A DNA stretch of 248,000 nucleotides from Rhodosorus marinus CCMP1338 (Eukaryota > Plantae > Rhodophyta): the NCBI GenBank assembly GCA_029953675.1, contig JAMWBK010000008.1, positions 1,632,001 to 1,880,000 on the forward strand. Reading direction: 5' to 3'. The translations under genes and the position numbers were made by a program. The notes under the pieces are model-generated. The model was given only the letters and a program-made list of their open reading frames with translations, searched no databases and was not told the DNA's origin. Shown here in pieces: positions 67,790 to 81,477 of the stretch. Position 1 is the first letter of the stretch. Each line of letters starts with the position of its first letter.

Positions 67790-70700
67790 GGTCAAAACGA
67801 AATAATAATAAGTAAAGGAAACGTCTCAGTGATGGCCTGTAAACATAGAGCGGACGACCAGTCGAGAGCAACGATTAAAGGCACTCCTAAAGTCTACCAA
67901 GAACAAACCGTAATCTGGCGAGCAGGTGAGATCCGAGCGAAGAAGTACTGATAGCAATGCACATCCACCACGATAGCCCGGGCCCAACTGCACGTGCCCA
68001 AAGAAACGACGGGGTTCGTGGACCAAAACTTTGACCAGCCACCGAGCTGCCAGTTTATGGATCACTTCCACCATGCCAATGGGCGAATGGCAGGAGTCGA
68101 AGCAGTGTGACCCGGCTTGGAGAGCAACCATAGCTGCGTCCATTCCACTAAAAAGAAATTCTGGGACCAAAACTGGACCAACCACCGAGCTGCCAGTTTA
68201 CGGACCACTTCCACCATGCCAATAGGTCGAAGGGCTGGAGTCGAAGCAGTGTGACCCGACTTGGAGAGCCAACATAGCTGCGTCCGTCCCAGTAAAAACC
68301 AGGCGGGATCACAAAAAGGATCGCCATTGATGATTCCCTCCAACACGGACGCAACCGCTTTCATACCGTCCTCACTCAAAATACGGAGGTATTCCACCCG
68401 CAAACCCGAGGGCCCAGGAGAACGACCCTTTGGAGCAGACTGGACAAGCTCACGCACCGCCTCCGAGGTGACCACCAGCCGCTCATCCTCATTGGACGGT
68501 ACTTGGAACGCCTCCAGACCGCGTCAAAAGACGGGTCCCACCAAGAGCCTGCTGCGGAAAAAGCGAGCGTTGCGGAGAAGCCATGTCGTCAGAATTCTCG
68601 AGCACAGGTTGCCGTTGCCGGAGGATACCGGCAGCACGCTGGAGATCACCGCCTGCCACAGCCTGACGCGCCGGTGTTGGCGACTAGACCTGAAATCTGA
68701 AGGGGGCCATGTAGAGAAGGAGGGGAGGGAAGCAAAGTACAGCGTTCGAGCTCTTCAGCTGGGCAGGCGGTTCTCCTGCGAAGCAACGACAAGAAGGCTG
68801 GTCAGGTTCGAGACGAGTAACGTGCGACGACGCTTCTCGGAATGGGTGCTAAATGAGCCTACGCGCAGCTCCACGAGCTGAGAGACTGCAGCGCCAGCCA
68901 CCAGAAGAGGTGACCCAGCCATCACAAAAGAGTGTGGCGAGGAGAAGTTTCACCACAAAAGCTCCGTAAACAAAGGCGAATACCCAATACAGAGTACCCC
69001 GACCAACTTCCACCACAACCCCAAAGGAAGGAGAGAAAGCCCGCAGACAAGCCACACACCCCTCAAAAGCCGAGGGAAAGACAACGGAGGGTTTCCACGA
69101 ACAAACACTACGACAACCAAAAACGAGCGCAACCTGACACCATAGACCTTCACACACCACAAACCGTACGAAACATTTTCGCATCCACTCCAAGTTTGAC
69201 TTTTCCCGATGCCCTAAGCTTTCCGCAATGCATGGCTGGAACCTGTGAGACCGGCCCTCTGGCGGAGAGCGGCAGAAGGGAGATGGGTACCGGACATGGG
69301 GCAAGTGCAAGCGAGGTCCACATATGCTGAGGGTCTGGCGGCTGCGTCAGATACCAGGAGATCTGCGTTGCGGAGGGTGTTCGAGCAGTACCGATTCCAC
69401 CTCGATCGTGTGGCCAAATCTTGTCAAGTGTTCGCTCAGGGGGGGGGGTGGAGGGGATATTCCAGGCGTGTGTATCTCTTCGTGTGATTACCTCGCAGCA
69501 GTCCACACGAGCCCAGGAAATGGTACCCACCTCCGTCGATACGGCTGGCACAACCTTGGTAGAAGGAACGGCGATTGGAATGTAAGGGGCCAGTGGCAAA
69601 CCCAGGTAGATGCGTACCGCGGTCCGGAAGTGAAAGGCGTACAGTCGTTGACCCGGCGGCGAGGGCAGAGTTGTTAGCCATACGTGGGATAGACGACCTC
69701 CCATGCCCCGTAGACGAGCCTCAGTGGTAGGCGGAGTAAGTGGAGAGTTGAGCAAGATTGCGAGAGCAGCACTGGGTTGGCCCCAAGTGAGGCTATGTTC
69801 GATCACATCATCGCATGAGCTCCACGACTGCTCATACCCGGGTAATCGGCCGCTGGGTGACCGGGGGCTGGCTTCCCCACCGTCGTCCAGCCAGCGATTA
69901 ACCGTAGATTCCACGACGACCTCATTGCGTCCCCATAGAATTTCCCTTCAGGAATCGAATTTTGATCGATTCTCTTCCGGCACTGCATTACCGACGAAAC
70001 GGCTGGTCGAGGCCGTCATAGACGCGCATTAGCGCACCTTGAAAGGTTGACTGGGTCATCGTTCGCCAGCGCCCAGTCAAAACGCAGGCAATCCCGAACC
70101 TAAATCCCACCAGGGTATGAAGAGCGGTGGCCCAGGAGGCTACGGTCGCAGTCGAGCGGACAGGACGCCGGTTACCAACTCCAAAGCCTTTCAGGCGCAA
70201 GGGTAGAGCCATCTGGGCAGTCTGAGGTCCCTATCAGGGGACGATGCCGAAGAAAATGGTTCGTCCAAGAGTGTGCCCCAATGTGTTAGCGTCGCCTCGT
70301 CCGCCTTAGCAGCAATTCACGCTCCCCATTGAGATGGAAGACTTGGCAGCCAATAGTTGACCCGCACAAAAAAAATTCGGGAAATCAGCAATTTACAACA
70401 CTGGATGGATTGGCTGGTGGTGGTTTTACTGGCTTTATTAGCACAGCCTACAGCGCTACGCAAACCGAGAAAAGGAACTAAGAACTAGGTAGGGAAGCGT
70501 GCAAACCCAGGCGCCGATGGCGCGCCTCGGCAAGCATGCTGCTCGAACATCGCCACAAGAGACACTTAAGCGCCGCGAAAGTTCCAAGTATTCAACAGGA
70601 TGCTCAGTGAAACATTTCCGCAACCACTCCAAACCCGACTTCTCCACGTGACCAAAGCTTTCCACAATGAAAGGCTGGAACCGGTGGTTTTACTAACATA

Positions 70701-70870
70701 GCCTGATGCGCTGCGCAAGACGTAAAAGGAAACTGGCGACTAGGGAGATAAGCACGTAAGCCCAGGCGGCGGTGGCGCGCCTCGGCAAGCATGTTCCTAG
70801 AATACCTCCAGAGAGCGACACTTCAACGGCGGAGGAGCACCAGCTATTCTTCAGGATGTTTGGTGAAACA
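67790..70870 (-). mobile_element. CRE-like non-LTR composite with RT core, thumb, zinc finger and endonuclease (frameshifted)
   Basis: SPGPSGLR, LRPIGMVEVVRK, DFRSAFNRCSR, LPLRLKGFG, C..C..D.GGYH, ADLLV. Confidence 0.85.
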
Positions 70871-71149
70871 AAGCTGCTCCTATGGAATCCAGGTGCCCAT
70901 TACAGAAGCAGCGGTTTGAGCACATTTCCTTATCCACACACCCAATACAGGTGGATTACGGGCTCCTCGAATGGTTCCAAAAATGTCCGATCAAATCGCA
71001 GCCGCACTCATCCGATACACAGCCGGAGAGCTGCGCTCCGTTGGTAGAGAGTGAGGAAGCTCGGATTACGTCCAAGCTTGTGGATGGGCCGGAAAAGGAC
71101 GGTTGCAAATACCATATTTGTGTCAATTGCCTAATTCACTTTGCAGGTT

Positions 71150-73570
71150 CTAAACGACTCTAAGAGCGCTGACAATTACATGGTCGAAGTTATTGTTCCT
71201 CCGAACCAGTCCTGAGACAGGATTCCTTATGTCATCGAAGAAGATGATCCCGTACAGGTAGCTCGAGTATGGACCGACAACTACGCTTGCAATCTTGACA
71301 GCCTTTGAATTCGCTAGGGAAATCACCGAATAACTGCCACTGGCTCCATAGCAGGTGACCGCGCGGATGCTTAAATAGTCACAGTTGTCAAATTGCATTT
71401 GTCCAGCGTACCCAAAGTCAGAGTCGTAGATTTTCACCCTGTATATTACAGCTGCTTCCGCATTTTTCATGTACACCGCCCTACGACTGGAGCTGACTGT
71501 CAAGGAATCGATTGAAATCTCAGTCAAAGTCTCAGCTTCGCCTCCGACAAGAACAGCCGTGGTGACTTCGGTGATCTCCAGGTTCACCAGGGCTATTCGA
71601 TTTGGTAGGTCAACAACCCCACTGTGGGCAACAATAACTCCGTCTTTGCAGCCACGGGCGAAGAGTCCATCCACAAAAACGTTCACGACACCATTCTCGA
71701 GTCTAAGCGCGTGCTCCTGACTCATTGAGCCAGTAAGCGCAGCAACGTCCTCGACAATCACGTTTTTCGTGCCCTTGTTGCTGACTTCGTTACCCTGAAC
71801 TGTCATCAGACCTGCACGATTGTTTTGGCCTCTGATTCTCCTCAGCGTCACCCCGTTGATTTCCTTGTTCGTCGGAGCAACCCGGATCCCCAAGCCAGGA
71901 GAGTTTGCAAAGGAACAATCTTGCACTGTACAAAGTGAGCGCTCAATGAGCAGAAGGTCCGTAGATGGGAGCGCTTGGTCGATATCCCGTATTCGAAGTC
72001 CTTTCAAGTCGCAGTTTTCCAATATGACCATTTCAGATCTCACGATCACTGGAATTTTGCCTGCGTCCCATTGGATAATGTTGACCCCAGAGAGTGTAAG
72101 CGGTTTGTCGATAACGACGCTCGTTACGTTAAAGAGACAGTCTGGACGAGGGCCTACGAGCTTGACATACGGATCGGCGGCCAAGATCTGACCTTCCAGA
72201 GGCAATTCACATTCAAGGACGATGACGGGGGCGCTCCCTACGACTGGGGCAGGCGTCGGCGATGGTGTCGGTGTCATCGGTCGCGTAGGCAGCGGTGTAC
72301 CTGTTGGCTTTGGCGTTGGCTTTGGCGTTGGTTTTGGCGTTGGTGTCGGGGACACGAAGAGTATCTTATCATCACTGCTAGCTCTCGCGAGCAGCGACTC
72401 TTCCACCACCAGTTCCGTCCTGTCCAGACCGAAATCGACCTTGAACTGGATCCCGTGACGGGCGGTCAAGTCCTCGCCGAGCACTACGGATTTCAACTTG
72501 ACGTTTCGACACTGATCAAACTCCAGCGCGGCTTTCCTGGCTTCTCCCCTCGACATGTACAAGTCTCTCATCCTGATCCCGTCAACGTTACGGAAGGAGG
72601 CAATACTTCTAGTTTTCCTGAGGTTGGACGCGCGGATGTCTTGGAGCCGTATGAGCACTATGTTCCTCATGTATAGCGCCCAATACGTATGTTCAGCGTT
72701 TATCCTGGTGATCGTGATGTTGCTGTGTATAACCGCCGGGTCCGTCTGACAATTGATACCAAAGCTGCAGTTCTTCACGAAGACGTTGGATATCGTAATG
72801 TTCTTGTTGCCGTGATCCAGCTCCTTGTGATCTTGGATTGCAACGCCGTACATGGCATTTTCAGAGTAAACATTGCGAACGATGACGTTCTCTACCCCGT
72901 CACTGACTTCCACGGCACCTCTGGCGCCGGACCTGTACGATCTGATGTTGTCGACGACGATGTTTCTGGTCCTTGGACCGCTGTTCTTTGCAGTGGAGAT
73001 TGAGACCGTCTCCCGACCATTCCGAATTCCCAGAATGTCTCTTATAACGCCGCCGTCTATATCCTCCGTTCTTCCAGTCCCCACAACGCTGATGCCGTCC
73101 CGTGAGGAGTTAATCACCTGCCCCCGTTCCAAATGGAAGTGACTGGCCCGAATCACGACCATGGACTGTCTGAGCTTGTCAAAAATCGACCCTCGGTTCC
73201 CAGTAAGAACGAAGTCGTACATGCTGAACCGGTCCCCGTTCACCAGGAAGACGGACCTCGCGTACCCAGCCTGCACACGAACGTGTACGCCTCGGAGGGT
73301 TATACCCGGTTCGAAGATTCTTATAGTCTGGAAAACAGCCCACTCACACCCTCCTGCGGGCGCAAGCAGCTCCGAATCCGCAGGTGCTGAGGTAATCTGA
73401 TTCCTCAGTGGCTTTCTGCAATCCAACACGATCGGATCTGCCCCAAGACTGATCCCAACGCACTGCCCGAAGGCCAGGAGGACTACAAACCGCAACGTAT
73501 TCATATTGTCCATTCTTCCCTTCCTAAAGAAGAATCCGCCGCAACTCAAAAACCCCAGAAAATTGTTCAA
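71150..73570 (-). CDS. Secreted tandem parallel beta-helix protein, paralog of 60891-63242
   Basis: Same two-domain layout; GAVEVSDG and YGVAIQDH motifs shared. Confidence 0.75.
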   Translation of the reverse strand: MNNFLGFLSCGGFFFRKGRMDNMNTLRFVVLLAFGQCVGISLGADPIVLDCRKPLRNQITSAPADSELLAPAGGCEWAVFQTIRIFEPGITLRGVHVRVQAGYARSVFLVNGDRFSMYDFVLTGNRGSIFDKLRQSMVVIRASHFHLERGQVINSSRDGISVVGTGRTEDIDGGVIRDILGIRNGRETVSISTAKNSGPRTRNIVVDNIRSYRSGARGAVEVSDGVENVIVRNVYSENAMYGVAIQDHKELDHGNKNITISNVFVKNCSFGINCQTDPAVIHSNITITRINAEHTYWALYMRNIVLIRLQDIRASNLRKTRSIASFRNVDGIRMRDLYMSRGEARKAALEFDQCRNVKLKSVVLGEDLTARHGIQFKVDFGLDRTELVVEESLLARASSDDKILFVSPTPTPKPTPKPTPKPTGTPLPTRPMTPTPSPTPAPVVGSAPVIVLECELPLEGQILAADPYVKLVGPRPDCLFNVTSVVIDKPLTLSGVNIIQWDAGKIPVIVRSEMVILENCDLKGLRIRDIDQALPSTDLLLIERSLCTVQDCSFANSPGLGIRVAPTNKEINGVTLRRIRGQNNRAGLMTVQGNEVSNKGTKNVIVEDVAALTGSMSQEHALRLENGVVNVFVDGLFARGCKDGVIVAHSGVVDLPNRIALVNLEITEVTTAVLVGGEAETLTEISIDSLTVSSSRRAVYMKNAEAAVIYRVKIYDSDFGYAGQMQFDNCDYLSIRAVTCYGASGSYSVISLANSKAVKIASVVVGPYSSYLYGIIFFDDIRNPVSGLVRRNNNFDHVIVSALRVV

Positions 73571-76569
73571 TCAAGAATCAAGCAGAGAAGTCTCATCTCC
73601 CTACCAACCCACGATCGCTCCACACCCTTCCCTCCCCATCCAATCTCACACGACCCGCAAACGCACATAATACCGGACCTGTCTCACACGCACTCTCTCC
73701 CTTTTCAACCCCCGCTTCCTACTCCCTCACATCCAGACCTGTTTATATCTCTCCAGCAAACCGCTCCATCGCAACCATCTGGTTCCTGTTTCTATTGTTT
73801 TCTTGTTTTCTTTCCGAACCCAACATGATTGCCCACTAATTTTATTTTTTTTTGGTTTCACAAGGCTGGAACCTCCCTGGTTAGGGAAACCTCTTCATCC
73901 TCAAACCACGCTCTTGAACATCAAGAAAACCAAAACCTACTATGTCCGCACCCCCCCCTCCCGGACTCCCAAACGTTTGGATGAATTCCCTTGCAAACAC
74001 ACTAAAAACAATCAAATCGAAAAAGGACACATGGTGAAGGCAGAGGCGCTGATTGTGTCCGGAGTAGACGTAGCACTTTTGTTGTCGGTAAATTCAGAAG
74101 CACTAAATGTTTGTTTGTTTTTTCTCGCTTCTTGTTCAGTGAAACCTACATTCCTACTAGAGTTTTGGAAATAATTTGTGGAAACGAAATTCATAATCCT
74201 TTTTTTACTTCTTTGGTGTACAAAAAGTTTCATAATTTCATATTCGGTACATTCCCGCGTTTCGTCCGCTGGAGCTGAACCTGTTTCTTGTTTGTTTTTC
74301 ATAGAAATTGTCCGATGTATTTTCACCCCTCAAAAGTATTTGGAAGCAAAACCCCGAAAAGAAATTGAGGCTCCACGTTCATGTTTGCACACCTTTTTTA
74401 TCTCGCCAGCATGCGTTTTCGGTTTTCCTGTGAAACTAACAAACCCGGATGGGTGTCCTGCGTTTTGGGTTGCATTCTCTTGGCATATTTGGTAGTGCTT
74501 TTTCGGGGGGCGGGTTTGGAATTGGTGTGAGGTTTAGAAGATGGGAATCAAAAGAGCTCTGTGACACTGCTACGTCAAGTAGCTGAGGTTAAAGCGGACG
74601 ATAGTTCCACACACTACTACTATGGGGGGAAAAAACGGTTTGGACTTGTCTGGGTTCAAAACACGGTTCTACGGCTCTGTGTTCGTAAAACCACATGGAG
74701 GGCAAAACTCGAAACGAGGAGGAGAGCGGAGAAAAACAACGAATTTACAGAATGCCAATTACAATTCATGATTGTCGATTTTAATAGTTTAGATTGTTTT
74801 CTATATATTGCGCTGAATATTTTGCCCATCCGTTGATGCGTTTCCCCTCTGAAGTGGCGGCGGAAAAAGGTTTCACCCCCATTCCGCTGAGTATCCGATA
74901 GACTCCTCCTGACGGAGCTGGCACTGTGCGTCCCGATCGCCTCCTCCTTGCCCAATAACTCATTCGTTCGGCATCCGGGGGGAGGAGGGAGGGGGAAGCT
75001 AGTTTGTGCGAAAAGGTGGCTATTTTTTCCTTTACTTTTGTTTCTCCTTCGCACCGATAGAGACGTGGAGTTCTTTCGCGAACGAACTTGTGCTCTAGAC
75101 TACTTTTTATCCAGGGAGGGGAAAGGACTTTGGGCTTGTCTGGGTTCAAAACAAGCTACTAATCGGAACTGGGGAGTGTGCCCACCCGGCTCCCGATCTC
75201 CCTTGCCGAATGACACAATCCGATCGGCATTTTTGATGCCAAAATGGTGGTTGGACTAAAACCCTATATCCAAAAACTAAAATATAAAGAACGTCATAGA
75301 AAATTCAACGTCTTTGCGTGGGCCCTCATTTATTCCTTTCATTGAAAATAATTACCAAAGAGTTTATTTACAAAATTGTTATTATTCAGTTCGTGATATC
75401 CTGTAACGTCAACGATTAATTCAAAAAAAAAGGAGGAAACTGTCCATTTTGCTGCTGTTCGGGCGTTGATATAAGACATTTTTATTTCGTCTATATGATA
75501 AATGAACCAGCCTAGTTTTTATTTTCAAAAACATGGATCTACGCTAGGTCTGATACCTGATAGTTTTGATAGAAAACCCCATTTACGTTATTTCTTTTGT
75601 ATATTATTGTAAGAATGGTTTTGGAAGAGATAATTTTGAAAGAATTGTCCAATGCCTTAAAAACGAAACCCCATGCAAAAACATGCAAGTTCAATGTAAT
75701 TTCACGCGCTTCATTGTCAAGGGCTAAACCAAACTGATGGCAAGGAGAAAAAGATTGCTATGGCGAAAAATTAAATTTTTAAAAAATTGGTTTCTTTCCG
75801 GACTCTCCCCTCCCTCCGTGTTCCGAGTTTTGCTTGAATGGAGTGGTTGGTTTTTACGAACAAGTCGTCCATAAAGCGGCCCATGCACTTGATGTGAAAC
75901 CTATTCAACAATAATATAGAATACAATCTAGATTGCTAAAATCGAACGTTATAAATTGTATTTGATATTTTGTAAATTCGGAATTTTCTCAAAAGGGCTT
76001 CCGCCATGTTTCGAGTTTTGCCCTCCAGGTGGTGATTTTTTGAACACATGGACCTGAAAAGCTACTCCCTCAGGACGGAAAGTGAACCACTACAAAACGC
76101 CAACAAAAAAAGAAGCCAGGCAAACGGTGACGTGCCTGCCTCGACGAACACCATCCGGCGAAGATATCGTCTGAGAGCAATCGGCAAGAGGAGTATCGGA
76201 TCCGCTAGACTGGACGGTGTGAAACCTTTTTACCGGCGCCCACTTCAAGCACTAACGATGTTTAGATGTGAAACGGTTGCACAAAAAAATACCATCCATT
76301 GTTGATGCGGATGGGGAAAGTATTCAACAATATATAGAAAACAATCTAAATTATTAAAATCGAAAGTCGTGAATTGTACTTGACATTTTTTGTAAATTCG
76401 AAAACATTTTCTCGGCCCTCTTCCGTGCCGCATTAAATAAATTCATTCAATAAGGAACTGGAGCAAGAAACTCGAATATAGTACTTGCGGCCAGAATCTG
76501 ATATAAGTCCAGACGTGAAGAACAGTTGAGTGTTCCTTGCAGATACGGCATGACTCTTTTCTCCTTGTC

Positions 76570-77350
76570 GCATTCACCGACATGCCCTATAATTACTCAT
76601 CTTCCTCGCCAGGACGCACGCCCGGAGCCTCTCGGTATATCCATGGCGCTCTCCTGCAGCCGGCAAATAGCCACCATCCTGAGGATTAGGAACAGCAAGA
76701 TCAACGCCGTACGACACACGTCGTACGGCGGCAATCGTCACAGGTGACCACGAGGTCAGCCACGCGGCGATCATCATTCTGGTCGTCTGCGACAGCAGGG
76801 GCTTCTCACATTCAATTTCAAGACCGGTTTGCCGTACGATTGGCCGAAGTTCGCGGCATAACGGATTCAAGATCCGCGTATGTCGGCAGGTCGGGCGCCC
76901 TTCACAGCAGGGCAACTGGCGAGCAGGTGGGCGACAAAATCCGCGGTATATTCCTTCTGAGAGCATAGAGGGCACGGCGAAGCCATCTCGGAAGGCCAGG
77001 GCGGCTGATGCAAGCCGGGGTATAAGCGCAGAGAAGTGCGCACCTCGAAATCGGTGATTGGGAGTGGCGGAAAAGCGGGGACGGTCATGAGCCACTGAGA
77101 GCTAATACACCCTCCAAGACTACGCAGACGGGCGGGATCTCGGAAAGATGAGACCATCTGCGCGAGAAGTCGGCCGTATGCGACACGGTGCAAGTCCCAA
77201 GAAAGGGTGTTGCGTCCGTGCGTGCGGAGACGCGACTCCCAGAACCCGGTCCATTATCAGGAGGATCACGAGGGACCTCTGTTTCCTCAGAAACCACGGG
77301 ATCGCGGCAGGGAAAGGACCGGCGGCTGTTCGGGTCGCGGGGCCGCGAGC
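76570..77350 (-). mobile_element. CRE-like family B fragment including the zinc finger
   Basis: CPLC...HLLASCPAVKGAR; VDLAVPNPQ. Confidence 0.7.
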
Positions 77351-79698
77351 ACGTGAAAAAAAGAACCCTAGATTTTGATCACAAGCAACCGCTCCGTAAC
77401 GCATAACATTCAATAGCTGCGATCTTAAGTGTCCTTCTTGCTTATCGCATATACAGGACTTCGGAGGGGTCATCCAGACTCTGAGATTGATGTCACAAAG
77501 CATCGGCATTGCGGGGCATAAGAACTCTCCAACCCCATTCTTAGGTACACATGTCTTGAAGCTACCAAATAATGAAGCTGCTGGTCATGTGGCTCGAACA
77601 GCCAGTCCAGTGGGCCAGTTCCGAGAGCAAATCCCCCGCGGCTAAGGAATACGAAGAGCACAAAGAACTCGTCTCGAAAATAAGGACGGTTGAACCCCGC
77701 CACTGGGTTAACTCAAGAAGACACTGAAACGAGACCAACCCTATATTCGATCCCCAAAGTACTCACGCTACCAGAGGACACGAGAAAACTCCCTTCGGCA
77801 TGCGCTTGTTCTACTCCTACTTGGAGTCCTTGCCACCTTTGAACGCGGACGTCTCAGCCTTGCAAGCAAGTTTAACCTTCCAGCAATATCCGGTTGAACT
77901 AAATTATGCTCGGGCTGTGCCAGAATCTATTGAGGTACAACACTTATTCTAGGCTCGGCAGTATTGCACATCCCGATGAAGGGTATAAATCTGACAAAGT
78001 AGGTGTTTCGCCTGTCATGTCTCTTGTTGCTTTATCTTAGAGTCTCCCTCGCTAGGATGACAAATGATCTTGGCTTATATAGGCAGCAGACTTGGTTAAC
78101 CCTAATGCTTCGAAGTCACTCCATGGTCTATATGTGTGTGTCCCAATTCAACAGATTAGTTTCCATTCTCGAGCCTGCACGCTCATTTGTCAGCCACCAA
78201 CAAGTTTCAGGGCCATGTGCTGGGATGGCAATTGTATCAGCAACTCTGTAAAGTGTTCATGGTGAAGGGAGTCGCTTCGACTGTACACGTTTGCTAACAA
78301 TAAATACGATGGAATCGCCGATGCTTTCGAGGTTATCTTGAAGCAAGAGAAGAAACAAGTAAGACAAAAGAACCAGAGGTCTGAACGGAAAGTTAGTTTT
78401 GGGATAAACTACCTAATTGGGGAGTAATTAGGAGGAAGGAAGTAAGCCTCGCATTCTGGAATAATCGAGGCAGTCCCAGGTAGACACCTGGGATGTATAA
78501 TCTTCAACACGTGCTTGCCAGCCTGTCGAGTCTAGAAGTAATCATGATTCATTACATGATATTGGTATTTAGTCGGGAGGAGAAGTAATGATGATACATG
78601 ATATGCGAACCATGCCATGAAGTAATCATGATTCAATACCTGGACTGAAGATGATTGATTACTTGACTAACGATGATTGAATATGGGACGATTTATCGGT
78701 CCTGACTTATCGGACGTGAAATCGGACTTTCTTTTTTTCCGGTAACGTTTATCGGACGGCACATGACAACAATAGTTTACCGAACCCGAATACGAAAGAA
78801 AACATAGTTATCGTCCGATGAATGCTCCGATAACCGATTGCGGCCAATATTTTTCAATGAATTTTTCATCTTTTTCGTGCTGGTTGATTGACTTGACTAA
78901 GGTTTGATCACACTACGCGAGGTTATTAATACCTTTTTCTGTGGGATCACAACGGTAGCTTTGGTAGCTCAAGCTGAATGAGTTTGTTTAATCGGACGCT
79001 GAAAGAAAAAAACCCGGAGGGGAAAAAAAAGACGAAGCGCGGCGAAGATCGCGCGCCTCTAACATCAAAGCGGCGTTCATACGCCACAGCAAGAAACTTA
79101 AACGGTTGACACATCCCAGCGCACAAGTTGGGATGGATTGGCTAGGGAAGACTGGCTTGGTTGGCAGGGTTGACAGACGGTCAGGGCGTTCGCGGAACAA
79201 TTCCCGAAGTCAACGAGAACCAACGGAATCCAAAACCGAAAGCACTCAATGACCAGAGGTACCAGGCGATGAGCTAGGGCCGAAGCACGAATTCTCGCTT
79301 CTCAGGGTAGTTCGCCTCTGAATACCTGGGAAGGAAAAGGCCCCCTGCATATTTCAGACAGCTAGGGTTGTCATCCGTCAGGCTACGTTTATCGGAATGT
79401 CCCATAACTTTTGAAGTGGATAGACTATTGCAAAACAGTACAGAAAGGGGATGTTCAATAGAAACTCTTCGACAAAAGAGGTCAGATAAATCGTCCGATA
79501 TTCAATCAACGTTAGTCTAGTAATCAATCATCTCCGATCCAAGTATTGAATCATGATTACTTTTGGGTTGACGAGCTCTCGCTCGAATATCATGAATCAT
79601 GATTATTTCTCGAATTGCGTAGCTCCATTTTAGAACTCTTCGGGGGAGGTTCTCACACTCCTTATGACACTCTTCGGGGGAGGTTCTCACACTCCCCA

Positions 79699-81477
79699 TG
79701 ACACGTTCTCCATTAACGCGTATCGGTGATCCAAGACAAGTTTAAATTCTCTTTTTGTTTTTATCTTTTATCTATCTTGGATAGATAAAGGTCAAGGACC
79801 CTCCTCTAGCTCTAAGACGGAAGGTCGTAGCTTCCGTATTTATAGGCTTCCGGCTCATGTCCTGGGTTTGCTGGACTACTATTTTTAGATCTAGATTTAT
79901 CTATTATTAGCCTTGTTTTGGGCTACACTCCTGATGGCTGACTCGTTCGGTCAGGACGTAACAACTCCTCCCCACTGAAAGAAAGAACTATCCGGCGGAA
80001 GAAGAAGCTGCCTCGTGGAGGTTTGTATAATACCGGATTTGCTTCTTGGTATTCTGGTTCTGCGGTAGTTGATGGTAGGGTAACCATCTCAAATCGTCCG
80101 TTGTCTCGCCTTCAAAGTAAACGAAGTATTCATTCAGGTTCTTTTCATCTCGACGATGTCCCAAAACTGACTTCAACTCGCGCTGTGGTATGCCTCGTTG
80201 TAATGCAGGAACTACATGCGAGCCTTCAGGTTCCGATCCATTGAACTTCCGTAATAGCGACATGAAAAACATCATGTAGTTGAGAATCTCCCTGGAGCTC
80301 CAGCTTATATGCTACGTTACAAATTTTTCGTAGAATTTTAAACGGTCCGACATATCTGGGCCGAAAAAGTTTTGAATCTGGGAGTTGAAGATTCCGTGTT
80401 GACAAGAGCACATGTTCGCCTGGTTCAAAGTGGAGGTATCTTATGCCTCGATCATAGTAGAAGCGTTGGCGTTCTTGGGCATATCGTAGGTTGGCGCGGG
80501 CGAGGTCTCGTTGGTCCTTTTAGCGTTGTGGCAGGACCGTGGCGGCTTCAGGTATTGGTAGTGAACGGTCCCTGTCATCTGGTACTTTAAGGTCGGGAGG
80601 TAGTGTCGGGTTCTTTCCATATGTCAACTCGAAAGGAGAAAACTGCGTCGCTTCCGAGATCTGACGATTGTACACCAGCTCTGTAATCCACAGACAGACG
80701 GACAGACAGAGCGAATCAATCAGACGCTGGAGACGTACCTGAGGTGTAATTCATCTGCGACGAATTGGGCAGAAGGCCTACCGATTGCAGAGCTGGTGTA
80801 CAATCGTCAGATCTCGGAAGCGACGCAGTTTTCCTCTTTCGAGTTGACTTATGGAAAGAACCCGACACTACCTCCCGACCCTAAAGAACCAGATGACCGA
80901 GACCGTTCACTACCAATACCTGAAGCCGCCACGGTCCTGCTACAACGCCAAAAGGACCAACGAGACCTAGCCCGCGCCAACCTACGATATGCCCAAGAAC
81001 GCCAACGCTTCTACTATGATCGAAGCAAAAGATACCTCCGTGTGATGAGCAAGGCGTCGCGTCGCCCGTCGTAGGCTTTTCAGCTGCGGAGCCTGAATCT
81101 TGATGAGTGATGTCATCTTCTAGTTTTCAGAATTTTTTTTTTTTTTTTGGTTGTCAGGTTTCCAGGTTTTCAGGTTCTGGGCTCATTCATGTTCCTCAAT
81201 CGCAACTCATGCGAGGAGACCACTTGACACGTTCTCCATTAACGGGTATCGGTGATCCAAAATAATTAATAAATTCCTCTTTTTTTATCTTTTATCTATC
81301 TTGGATACCCTCCTCTAGCTCTAATCCTAAGACGGAAGGTCGTAGCTTCCGTATTTATAGGCTTCCGGTTCATGTCCTGGGTTTGCTAGACTACTAGTTT
81401 TAGATCTAGACTTATCTATTATTAGCCTTGTTTTGGGCTACACTCCTGATGCTGACTCGTTCGGTTAGGACGTAACA
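79699..81477 (-). mobile_element. Internally deleted chromovirus (LTRs 79699-79963 and 81225-81477) retaining integrase/chromodomain remnants
   Basis: TG...CA LTR pair, PPT GTGGGGAGGAGT, PBS-like TGGTCTCCTCGC, near-TSD cccca/ctcca, chromodomain ORF 79988-80275. Confidence 0.85.

Noticed and set aside
74620-76410. MITE defined by ~100-bp AT-rich inverted/direct repeats
   Set aside because: The repeats are degenerate and no termini or TSD could be fixed.
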